DNA of 64,000 nt from Ascidiella aspersa (lineage: Eukaryota). Below, in pieces: positions 13,947 to 25,900 of this stretch. Position 1 is the first letter of the stretch. Each line of letters opens with the position of its first letter. The DNA lies in contig OZ004609.1 of the NCBI GenBank assembly GCA_963924565.1, positions 24,676,001 through 24,740,000 on the forward strand, written 5' to 3'. The notes under the pieces are model-generated. The model made no database searches, was not told where the DNA came from, and was given only the letters and a program-made list of their open reading frames with translations. The translations under genes were made by a program, and so were the position numbers.

Positions 13947-16900
13947 CACACACACACATAACACACGTACACGCACATTGCATATTAACGCTTACGTTTC
14001 GTTGTTGGTCCTCTCCTGGTGTCGATACGTCTCGATGATGATCATCTATGTTAAGCTTGTTGTTGGCCTCGTCGCTCAGGATTGTTTCGCCGTTGCCCAG
14101 ATCCGTTCCGGGGTTGTTGGGCACCCGGCTTTGGTCAAGCAGTACGTTGAACTTGCTGCAAACAACGTTGGAAATTTTACTCTACTGAAACTTTATAACA
14201 GCTGAATCAAACATAACTATTTGATTTGCGATTATGGTAAATCTGAAGAAATGCAACGACTTACCGCCCGAGGTGTTTCAACCCAATTTATCGCGTAATA
14301 AACGTTAGAAAGTATTAAATCAATTTATCTGCACGACAGGCCCTGATGTTTTTGCTAAACTTCACTTTAGATGTTCATGCCAAATCGCAATATTTATACT
14401 CAATAACAAATTGGTTTGGGCAAAGTATCTACTAACCGTGGTTATACTAGTTTATCGTTAGCTGGTAAGCTATTACGCTTTTGACTATTTAAGACAGTGG
14501 TTCTCAACCGGGGTGCAGCGGTACTCTGGGGTGCCATTTCTTATGCCTCAGGGTGCCGAGAGATATTTGAAAATATTCAAGAATCTGAATTTTGCGTAAC
14601 TCTTACCATTTTTTGTGTAAGATTAGTGTGCAATAAATCCAATTAAAACTTCCGACGTTGTACAGAGTTGATGTGTGTTGTTCCAGTTTTGTTTTCTTGT
14701 GACATTCTAGTCTAGTGATTTACCTACGGAAAATTTTTGTAGGGGGGCCGCAACCTATTTATTATTTCTTAGGGGTGCCGCAAGCCATAAAAGGTTAAGA
14801 ACCACTGATTTAAGAGGATACGAAAAACAATTTTTCATATTGGTAATAGGAATGTCTGATAATATCGGTTCAGAGCCATTCCCCCTTGCCAAGTGGTAGT
14901 ATCGGTACTCGTCCGACACTAAGGTGGTATCGGTGCCGATCCGATATCAAATTAACATCACCAGGATTTAAAACATGATATTTAAACGATATAATTTCAT
15001 ATTTTTGTTTGTTTTGAGCATATTAATGAGGTATTGGATTAAGGTGTCAGTATCAGACATGTCTAATTGGTACTATAACGATCCTCGATGACAATACTAT
15101 TGTGGCAGCCACCTTAGATTGCAAACGTCAATTGACCATTACTTTAATGACGCGTATGTTCAGATAAAGCTTTAAAACAGTACGTGAAAAAGTCTCTTGC
15201 TTTTTTCATTTGTTTCTGAACTCTGTCTTTGTGGTTTGTTTGTGGTGTTTGTGGTTGGTCTATCTTGTTTTGTGGTTTGTTCCTGATGTATTTTTACTTT
15301 TTACGGCACCCTTGGGGTTCGTGGCCCCAGGTTTGGAACCACTGCACCAAGTGGAATGACTTAGGGGTCAACGTCCACCCTGACCCTAACAAGAAAGTCT
15401 ATATTGCTACCATTTTAAGTCAATGTCATCATTTACTTGTAAGGGAGAGAATATATCTTTATATTTTACAAATTCAGTTTGCCAAACCCGGTAAGTGTTC
15501 AAATAGGTAAAGCAACGGAGACAAACTCACTCTCCGGCCTCGGCGTCATCGTCCTTGTCCGGCGTTAACCGCGTGAGGGCGCTCACGGCCGCGTAGTCGA
15601 AGCCCCACAAGTAGATGTTTCCATCCTCCGACGCCAGCACCAGAAGGTCCAGGTGCTCCACGTAGATGCAGCGCAGCAGAGAGACGTTGGTGCTGGAAAA
15701 TAAAAAGGAGGAAGATGGTTTAGAGATGGTTGGTTTGAGCAGGAGGAGGTTGACATTGCGGCGTACTAAAGTTTATTCGGCTGTAGGTTTGGCACTATAG
15801 TGTTGGTTTGACATGCGTGAAAGGTGTTTTTATTTTTAAAGAGCACGTGACGCGGGTTTCTAATTCAATTTAAAAGATGAACTCTTTACAAACTACGACT
15901 CAGTAATCAGTTTATATTCGTTACGCGGTTTGACGGCCATTTCTGAAGATTCTTTTTTGTTTTATTCATGTTTTTTACCTTGTTTTAACAGCCAAACAAA
16001 CAACAATCTAAGTATTACTATGTCCCAGACTTTGTGTATGAAAAACATTTATGCGGTTTGTTTTCTTGGGATATACAATTTAGCCTTGTCACAATTTGCT
16101 CTTATCTTTCTAGTCCTAACTCAAATTTAATAATTTCATGAGCTTGAGAAAATTCGTTATACGAACTTTTTATGTTCTGCCTTGAAGCAGTACTCTTTCG
16201 TCAGTTTCAAACTATCTGGTATAAGCGTATGTGTTTCATGATTACATGAAACCCACGTGGTTACCGTGATACACGTGACGGCGAAGCAAATCATTAGAAG
16301 TGGGATTGCTTAGAAATGGTATTCGATTCGTATTTGGTAATTATTCTCCATACGCAAAGCGTGTGCATTGACTTTTAAACACATGTATTATTTTCACGGT
16401 TTAGATTATGGCGTTTCGACCACGTTATTGGTTTACAAATAGGTTGAATCCAAGTTTTACCACTAACACGCAACCCAATATGGCTTAAGCCCACTGCAAA
16501 GTAAGGTGCCTTCGCGGCTGTTATAAAGATCGCCCGAAACCGTTTTTTCGGCCAAACAACAAAACGATCGGCTCATTTTCCAAAGGGCTTAGCATTCCGG
16601 TTTAAAACGACTTCAGTGGACAGCCACTAAGGCTGACCATAAGAACGAATGTACACAAGGGCATCGGTCACAATGTGCGGGGGCGTGACTCATGCAACAC
16701 ATTCACACATAAGCGTCGCCGCGTTCGAACGAGGTGAGTCATCGGCGATTTTCTCGCGAGGACAGCGACCCGAAGTTGTGAGGTCGCCGCTTATTTGCGT
16801 TCGAGGTTTGCTGGACGCGTAAACAGGTCGGACGCTGCCCACATATACTTGACACAATATCGGGGCCTTTCATTGCGCTTTCGTGGCGCAATGGATTAGG

Positions 16901-19900
16901 TGTTACGGGCGTTCGGGTTGTCCCGTATGTTAGGTTCACAGCAAACAGTATTTACTGTACTTATAAACGATGCTGTGTTTTGTAACATGTAGAGGGTATT
17001 TGTGAATTGGCCAAACACCTGATGCTAACACAATCGAAAACAAATGCATAGTCTAGTTCATTAAAATAGGTCAGTGGTTAACGACATTATACTTTTCATT
17101 GAAATCGTTTAAATATACAAAGTTAAAAGAAAGAGAAAAACTTTTTTATGTAATTTAACATATAAAAGAGTATTTAGAAAAAAACTGTGATTTAATACTT
17201 TCGGTGATAATAAATCTAATGCTGAAAGGCCGAAATAAATTCGGCCAAAACTGTTTGTAATGATATAAAAAGTATAATCGTAAATCGGCAGAAAAATCAT
17301 TTCAAGTTTAGGTTGTGAATACCCAAGTTTCGAGTAAACTTGTCCTCGGGGCCTTGTGTTAACTGAAAAGTTAAAAGCGATTTAGGCATGAAATATTCAA
17401 GTTAATATTTTTGACAATTTTTTTAACTCCGGATGGTCTTGGCGCAAACATTACAGCATATATTAAGTTTGTTGGCAAAATTTCAACCTACGAAACATTG
17501 CCCTGCACTTCCCTTCACCCGTCTTCGTTACAATGATGAATAAAATTAACATTGAAAAGTAAATTAACTGCCAGCTGATGTGGCCAGATGCACTGGTATA
17601 TGTGGAGACGAATGGCAACAGATATTGTGCTTTCCATGATAGAAATAAACGACATCGATAAACCTAAAAAATAAGTAAACCACTTGTTTTTAGCTGATTT
17701 GTGTTATACATTGTTTCCGAGCATTGCAATTTAACCAAGAAAGCTAATTTGGTAGAAATGGCGTAAAGGTTTCGAAGTTCTGAAAACCCAAGGGTAAAAA
17801 CAACGTCAATCTTTTTTATTTTTTTTCAATCTATATATTTTTATGTAAAACAGCACCAGTTTTCGCCCTCATTCTAAGACTCCGTTGGCATTAAGTAAGT
17901 AGCATAATTATTTTACACAGAACTTTGTAAAGCCGAACCACGCATAACTACAAAACAAAACAACCACTTGTATAAGTGAGATTTGTAATGCAATTTCCTT
18001 TGCGCATTTAAGTAATCGTCATATTATGGAAAAATGCTTTTATGCTATACATTAATACATTTCTTTAGGTTTTGCCCAGTAAGGCTTAAAGTATGTTATG
18101 TGAAAACTCTTGGCAAAAAGGAAACAAATTTGATTGGGAAATACTCTATGAGGTCACTGAATTGCGTCCCAACATTGTGAAATAGATGAGGCGTCATATT
18201 TCTTAAGTGTCGTGTTACAGTTAATACGAGAAGTTTGTCCTCGCTATGTACGTCGCTTATTTACGAAAGAAACTACTCGGCAAAATGGACAGCCCCGTAA
18301 TTTACGGCATTCGCCATATTCCAAGCAAGAAAATCGAACACTTTTAAAATGGCGGTCGCCAGAGGCAAGACAGCAAATCGGCTGCAAAATGCGCCCCAAG
18401 CGTTCCTATACTGTGCATTTAGAAGGCGCTCGTGTGGGGCTTTACGACTCAAATCAGTCCCGAAAACGCTGATTATGCTGGCACAATAGACACGCAAAAA
18501 CAAGGCGGTAGTTCCCGATCAACTTCGAAAGGCGCTTTGTTTGATCGCTTGCACCTTGCATATCAAAGCATGATAATCAACCTGTGTGTCGTTCCAATGG
18601 ATTGCAGGCGTGTTTCGTTTTCGCCCGCAATCCCCTGTTTTACCCTCAAGCCCGTATTTTTAGAACGGGTACAAATTAAAATGTCACCCAAGAAAAAACA
18701 TGAAAACAATATTTATATATTATGTTGTAATGAAAAAAACTACAATATCAGCACCTAATACAAATTTGTTTCAAATTGAAGCTAACTTAAACACAAAGAG
18801 GAATAACGCATGTTAAATAGCGCTTTTCGAATCAAGCCAAATGTTTTATAACAAAAATGCAGACTAGCAATAGATCTTGTTTCAACGAGCAAGCCACTAA
18901 CATGGGCGCACCCTTCCACGCTGGCGCTTCGCTTTGTGGCGACTCGACAAACGGCAGCAGCACGTTGTGGCACGAATTAGGTCAATTATCGCGGCAAGGA
19001 GCGATGCGGCATGGGGCGGCCTTCTCGGTTGCAACTCGAAGCCGACTCACGCAGCGCTAATCTCCAGTTCACACGGCCCGGCGCGAGCTGGCAAACAAAA
19101 TGGTGGGACGCGGTGCCGGGTCGCGGTGCGGCCAGCAGTTTGCCCACTGGCTTTGAGGACGGTCGGTAACATTTACTTTGGCGCCATTTTGCTTGCACAG
19201 AGCCGCCGGCCGCTGTGTCTTCGCATGCATGTGTGTGTGTGTGCCTGTGCGCAGGCTTAGGAACTTCCTGTGTGACGTCGACGGAACCGGTGGCGTCACA
19301 ACGGGGCGAGATAGATGGCGTCTTCTTCTTGCGTTCGCGTCTGAGCGACGGACGGAAGCAATAGCGATTCGCGGCACTTACGGCATTGTGTGGCCTGCCG
19401 ACTGCGCCAGTATGCGTATTGTTGCCGGGACGGTGACAATGCTTAAGGTGCGGGGCTGAACCAGTTCACCTCGGAAGCCGAAACAAAGGGACAACTCAGC
19501 TATTCCACGTATTACGGGAAACGCACACTCGCGCACCGGGACAGTTCGTGAGAATACGACGTTTTTAATGTGCAACGTTTACTAAGCGGACAGCAACACA
19601 GCAGAAGTGGGCTTTGTTTGGGTTAAAAAATATATACTTTTAAATTGATTTTAAATATCGCATGCTTAAAAAGAACAAAACACACAACTTTAAACATTTG
19701 CGTTCCTACGCACAATGACAGTAGTTCAGCAGCAACCTGTCAGGTTTCCGCAACAATCATTGAAATTGGTTCGTGAGCAGTGCATTAAGGCGCAAGGTTT
19801 GGGCGTGTTGTGTAAGTTCTTTAACAAATTGTCCATGGAAAAGGGTTAGGGGAGGATTCGGCACTAACGACGCGCTAAGTCCGTATACCCGAAACATCTG

Positions 19901-22900
19901 TCCGCTGCAACGACAAGGCAGAAACAACAACCACAACAACAAAAAACACAGCATCTGTCGAGTCGAATTTTGGCGCCACAAGCAAAGCCGACCAATCACG
20001 GCGCGCCAAGAGGGTTGACCTACTTTCTAACTTTCGCAGTTCCTTCGATCGCAAGAGGCGAGTTTTGTGTGCTGGGACTGTAAGATCGCAATACATACCC
20101 GGGCCTTATGTTGCCCACGCGGCGCATTGTGTTCGGTGTAGTGTAAATCTGTCAAACACTTTACCGTTTGCAAACTCGTGTTAAATGGAGATTTCTCTTT
20201 CATGCAATCCATGTTTTATTATCTAATTGTGTTAAAATTTCACAATGCTTCAACAATACGGCAAATTATTACGCCGGTATTTTACTAGGACGAAAATAAG
20301 CGCTGCGGGGAGTTTAGAGCAGAATACATAAAATATTGGAACAAATACACATTAAAACTGTTTTTTTCGGGAGCCGTTTAAACGCATTACCGTGTTAGTT
20401 ATCTACTAAGTTTGAACAACAAAATACTGGCACATTTGACACTGATGGAATTGAAAAAAACGACATACTAAGTGACATGCTACATTTAAACCAAACAGCG
20501 CATTTCCACAGTATGCCGAGCTAAGGCGACGAAATTGAGGCCACCAAAAGGACCCGTCAAACCATGTCGATCGGCGTCCACCCGAATTTTGTGTATCCCA
20601 TTCATAAATCAAGCGTCAACCGAGGCGAGCCGGCCCGCGTCACTTCGCTTCCGTCGACCAGCAGCTCGCAGTGCGACATAGCTACGAACAAAGGCCCGGG
20701 CTCGGGCTCCAAAACCGGATCCCGGCCTCTAACCAAAACACAGCGGCGCTTTGGTGCTGTTTGCGTGCATATGCGCGACATGCATAATGCGCTCAGCGGC
20801 GACCTGTGAATCACGAGCAAGCAAAACAGACCCGAGCGATTTGGGCGCGATGCATGCGGGCAGAGTTCCGGCTCAGAAACGCGCCACGGGCTGCATCGGC
20901 TTAGGCGTTGCTTTGGCAAACGAGATTAAGCCATTTTTCTTGGAGGGCAAGGACGGTCGATGTAAGATTGTTTATCATGGGGCGATTGGAAACCACGCTT
21001 AGGGAGGGGCGTGCCTTTGAAGACGTATAAGGATACTGATAAACCCTTGGGAGTACTAAAATAGTTCGGTTTTACCTCTGGAGTACAAACGGCGGGAGAA
21101 TGCGAATGCGTGTGTATTCTGAAATGCTTTCAACGGGTCGCATTCGTTCTGCGAAACAGTCTTTGCAAGGAAAAATACCAATAAATCGCGCTGCGGTGGT
21201 GTGCATAAGCAATATTGCACTACCTTGGGATTTTGGTGCCAAAAGCGGGTGAATAAAGTGAGTAGCGTTTACAGGTTGGGCTGATAACATAAACCAGCTC
21301 TACAAAGAGGGCTCTTCAAAAATACACAACAAACAAAAATTGAATTAATTTGAGTTAAACCAAGTCCAATAAATACAGTTCGCTTCGGTTGCATAATATT
21401 TACCAAATCCATAAATCTTGTTAAGAGGTCGTCAATGACGGCGGTCGCATTCAAACAAATATTAAGTTAAACCGCGTCCAATTGTTTAGCGCAAATCGAC
21501 TCTTGACCCGGGGGCTGCCGTCTTGCAAAGTTTGGCAAGCGGGTGCAAACGGGCACAAAGGCGGTGGGGGGAGATAATCGCGTCCACAGTCAAGGTGCCA
21601 ATCCGGCCGCCTTCTTTCCTGACGCGCCGGGCTCGAGCCGCCAATCGCGCGCGCAAACAAACAAAGCTTGCAAGGGGCCGGCCTGGCAAGCAGGCGCGGC
21701 GATTTTCGAGGAAGCGCGCCACCGGCGATAAGCGATTGGTCTGGAGGGGCGCGAGACAATGCATTTGGGCGCTCGGGGGGCGCTTTATAACCGCTGACCG
21801 CGTCCAAGGTGACATGTCAGTTCGCTCACTGCGTCTTCACAGCAGCATCAGCAGCTTAAGGTTCGGTTTCGGTCCTATGATGCACTAGTTTGGTAAAAGT
21901 GGGAATGCAAAGCGTTGCGTGTATAGTAAACGAATCAGCTCTAAGGTCTTTAACTTGTTCCAGCTAATAGATGGCGGTAAAAATGTAACTCGAGTTCGCA
22001 TTAGTCTCTCCAGCAGCATTTATCTCTGGTTTTCATAAAGTTCCAGATAAACAACGTTTTACAAGAGTTTATAAAGCAAAAAAGTTATAACGTACAGTTA
22101 GTATCAGCCTACAGTTAGCTGTTGATTTAAATGACAATCTTTTCAGTTGGGTCCCAACAAGGAACTTACGATTGAACAGGCTCGCCACCCTCAGCAGCGG
22201 GAAGCCTGTCAAGCGCAAGTCCCACGTGGGGGCGCCATACGCACGACGCTCGCGAGTTTCGAAAGGTCTTCAGAAAAAGCACAGCCCGAGGCGCCCATCG
22301 ATGACGTGTTGTCCCGGAAGGCTTTCTCGGGAGCGATTAGCCCGTCGCCCGGAAAAGGGGACGCCTTGCGGCGTGTGACGTCACGGCGCCGACACGTCAC
22401 AATGCGGCGTGCGCTTTTTTTTCGTTTGCGCGGAGGAAGCGCGACGGCGATTGTTCTTGGGCGCCGGGTTCGACGAAGACAACAGGATGTGAGTATATAA
22501 GCGCGCGCGTGAATCGGCGCTTTTCTCAGGCGCCCCGTTCAGCGGCATAAGCCATCAGCTGTGGATTGCCAGTCGCTTAGTCAGTTGGCGTGGACTTTGC
22601 GCGCCGCTATGAATTAATACGGTGCCACTGGTTTCACAGAGCGAGTGCTGCCTGTCCGCGCTTCTACGCATTGTTGCAGGTCGTCTTTCTCCCAGCAGCG
22701 TTTAGGGCGGCGAGCGCAGAAGTCGACCCAATTTGCGTGACTAGCGGCGAGGGGAGCGCAGCTTTTGTTTAAAGTCGCGAATTGAGGTCGATTTCGAGCG
22801 AGCCCGGCGGATTAGCGCCGACCGTTTAATTGCGACTTCGAGGTCAGCGATTGACGAAAGTCGGTCACAGTTTGGTGTACCAAGAAACAGTAGCACTTGT

Positions 22901-25900
22901 AGTACAGTTAACAACAGCCCGCTATTTCTAGCGACAGGTCGCATGAAACTTCTGCGGAACAGGCCGGCGCCTTTCCAATGGACTAAGCCGACCTGTTTTC
23001 AGAGTTTTATACGAACCGATCGCCTGCGCAACTACAGCAGATGGACGTAACTAGAGGGCAGCGAGCATTTCCTGATATAAGGGAAACACAGCGTCCGAGC
23101 ACAAGGAACTTTCCCAAGGAACAGGCTCGAAACGCGGTCGTTTAGCGCAAAGTCGCAGCCTGTCATTGGGATTTCCCGACTGCTTGGTTCCGCATGAGCG
23201 ACGCTAGGCGACAACCCTAGGGCAATCGCGAAGAGGTGAAATGGGAGCGAGGCTTGTTTACGTTGCGACAGGGCCTGGCGATTGGTGAGCCGACCACTGG
23301 TAAGCAGCCATTCAGCAACAAGTGCTGTACAGTAGGCAGAAAGGCAGTAGCAGCGTTTTTCAACGACAGCGGCCAACGGCATGAACTTTCCCAGGAATAA
23401 GTCTGTCGGAAGACTTGTCCAGAGAAGGTTCCTCCCGAACCGCCGACAGAGCTTGCGTCAAGTTCAGAAGTTTACCGGAAGATTAGATTCAATGTCAGGC
23501 AAAACACTGTAGCCGCAAAACAGTTGTTCATGCATTGGAACATTTTTGGAACGGGCTGTTTGTCAGCGAAAACCAGTCCTTCCTAAAGTGTCCCGTTTTA
23601 TGACCAAACACGCGCATCGAGTTACAAAAAAGATTTCGCAAACCTACGGCCCATCCTCGTTAGTTAGTTTGACATGCAAGCGGCTTCGGGCGGGCTGAAC
23701 TTTACCACGAAATGGTCTGTCGCATTTGTACACCGACCATAACGTGGAGTTCTGACCGCTTTCGACGGCACAAACAACCAGCAGTTTTAGGACAGGAAAA
23801 ACAACCTTGTCCGGTTTTGACGGCGTTGAACTTTCTAAGGAATAGGTTTCAGCCTAATGGAAACCTGTACTTGGCAAGTCAATACTGTCCCGGGGCGCGA
23901 ACGGCTACACATGCATTGGGATGTTCTGTTGAGGGTAGTACTGAGCAGTCCAAAGTACGACCGCGAGTTTGACTTGAAACTTCATCGGAACAGGCCGGGG
24001 TTACTTCATAAGCCCCGCGCTGTTTCTGAAGTTTGACGTCACGGCGGCCATTTTCGGCGATGGAACGTCGCATGTAGCACGCTTTCGACGGTGCAGGAAC
24101 TTCCCTAGGAACAGGCTGTTCACTTGTTTCGAGCCTGTACTATGGAGCTCCCCCGCTGAGAGAGCATTTTCGTCGCAAAATTAATAGAAAATCGCGTTGG
24201 GTATAACTTTTGGAGGCGTTGCAATTTTGGAACATTCATTGGAACGGGCTGGCTCGACCAGGTGTTATGTGTAACACCACAATAAGCTCACCAGCCGTTC
24301 TGGAAGGTTCCCAGACCGCAGTGACCACTGTCTTCACACGCTGACTATATATCCAAAACTAGTGAAGTAGTAATACCCATTTCAAGCCGTTTTCATTTCA
24401 AGTATCCTTGTTTTGACTGGTTGCCATTGAAGCTGCTCGCAGACAGTACAGTCACAGTCGTTTTGTTTGTTTTTTAACAACTAAATCATGGGTTCGCTAT
24501 TGACGTTGTTCAAAAATATAAGCGTTAACGTTTTGAAATAAACATTTTGGCGAGTATTAGCAATGACACGCAGATAAAAACGATAATAATTTATACAAGG
24601 CCAATCGATTCAATGTAGCTTCCACACAGACCTTATCCTTACAAGGTGATGTCTTATTGTGGAGAAGTATTTAGTGTCGACCAGCGCCTTGGCTGTTTAA
24701 CAATGTGCTACATGTAAACACAAAACACATCACACGTTATAAAATTTATTTCACAAAAATATTGCGTTCATTGTAGAGGTTTTAACAGTAAATTTAAAGT
24801 TATCGCCTTAAGTTACGAGTTTTATGCTCAGTGTTCAATTATGAAGCGTAATCAGTAAATTTGCGAACTAGTTTGTTGTTAGTGGTTAAAAGAAATTCAT
24901 ATTTTCGCCACGTTTAAATACTGCGTATGCGCTTTGGCAAAATCACTCCGGTATTATGTTAAATTTCCATTTTACCTAACGTTTATCGCCATAGTGTACC
25001 TTTAGGGCCATATATGTTGAAAGCCGTAACCCGACAATAACGTAATATACAATAGTGAGATTGTTTTAATTTGTTTTATCACGCAAATTTCAGGTTTTGC
25101 GCTTTAATTTACACAGCCGTTAAGTTTGACGTACGCCATAAAAACGACCAATTTGCAAACAGACCAACAGCGGGTACCTTTTGTAGAGCGACGAAGCGGC
25201 GACGAGCGAAGTGTTGAAGGCATAACGAGTGGAAGGCGAAGTTCGTCCGCACTGGGGACTCAAGTGCGACGTCTTGCGGCGAGCCAGACCGCGTTCCTTC
25301 AGTATGCTGTCCAACTTGTCCTTGCACTCTTTCCTTGTCAGGGGCTCCATGCTGCAACGCAGTTGTATGTGTGGCGTTTTGTTTTGCCGTTAAACATCAC
25401 GTAATGTTTAAAAACAGAATACATAGGCACCGAATTCTTAAAAATTCCAGGGCGTATTTTTTTACCCAGTGCAAACATGCTTATTGATTACATAAAAATG
25501 TGCGCTCTTAGATAACTATTTTTGAACTGTTGTGCAACCATTGAAACCATTTAGGCTTTTTCGAAAGCATTTACGTATAATTAAAAAATTGGTTTGAGGC
25601 ATGGCCGCCTCGTGCATGTGCTAATTCAGGGCAAGTTTTTAACACTTTTGTTGCTGAACTAACACTGCTACAGGAATTAATTTAGCACACTAACTGCGCG
25701 CATAACCCGTAATATTCCAGATCTGCAAACCCACGTTCGGCGCCTATAATACATATACACGTATTCTACTTTCACCCGTTTGGTCAAGACAAAGTTCTTC
25801 ACAAAATAACAATAAATATCCATTTACGAAAATACTAATTTTTAAACATATTCCCCCATACCACCTACTTGCCTATCCTGGCCTTTACAAATGTCCCTCA

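Larger units (their letters stand above)
22937..24323 (+). ncRNA. Polycistronic cluster of at least 9 paralogous pre-miRNA-like hairpins, antisense within WD40 intron 9
   Basis: Nine 70-105 nt hairpins, mostly spaced about 120-160 nt apart. Each has a ~22-nt 5' arm of the GAAC(T/A)T...GGAAYRGG type, a divergent complementary 3' arm and a basal stem. Confidence 0.85.

Noticed and set aside
13867-14205. His/Thr-rich and Cys/Val-rich ORFs
   Set aside because: These are translations of the (CA)n microsatellite; only 14155-13996 on the minus strand is a real exon.
19259-19310. AGGAACTTCC followed by a short stem, as a tenth family hairpin
   Set aside because: The seed half is unpaired and the GGAACAGG block is missing. 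An ETS site (ACTTCCTGT) plus a CRE-like site explains it better.
21190-21235. miR-92-like TATTGCAC seed
   Set aside because: Only a 7-bp stem (GGTGGTG/CACTACC) forms, and the 3' half does not match miR-92.
18212-24073. Many overlapping 60-120 aa ORFs in the GC-rich intron region
   Set aside because: No recognisable domains, present on both strands, and expected from stop-codon scarcity in GC-rich DNA.
22940-24310. Reading the GAAnnTTC / TTCnnnnGAA repeats as heat-shock or STAT elements, FRT-like sites or a CRISPR array
   Set aside because: Every copy is followed by its own imperfect complement forming a pre-miRNA-sized stem with G.U pairs, and all are on one strand. The repeats are non-identical, the context is eukaryotic and no cas genes are present.
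25120-25350. ORF MEPLTRKECK... as a separate small gene or alternative first exon
   Set aside because: It has a phase-2 acceptor one base before the ATG and a phase-2 donor, so it fits exactly as internal exon 9 of the WD40 gene.
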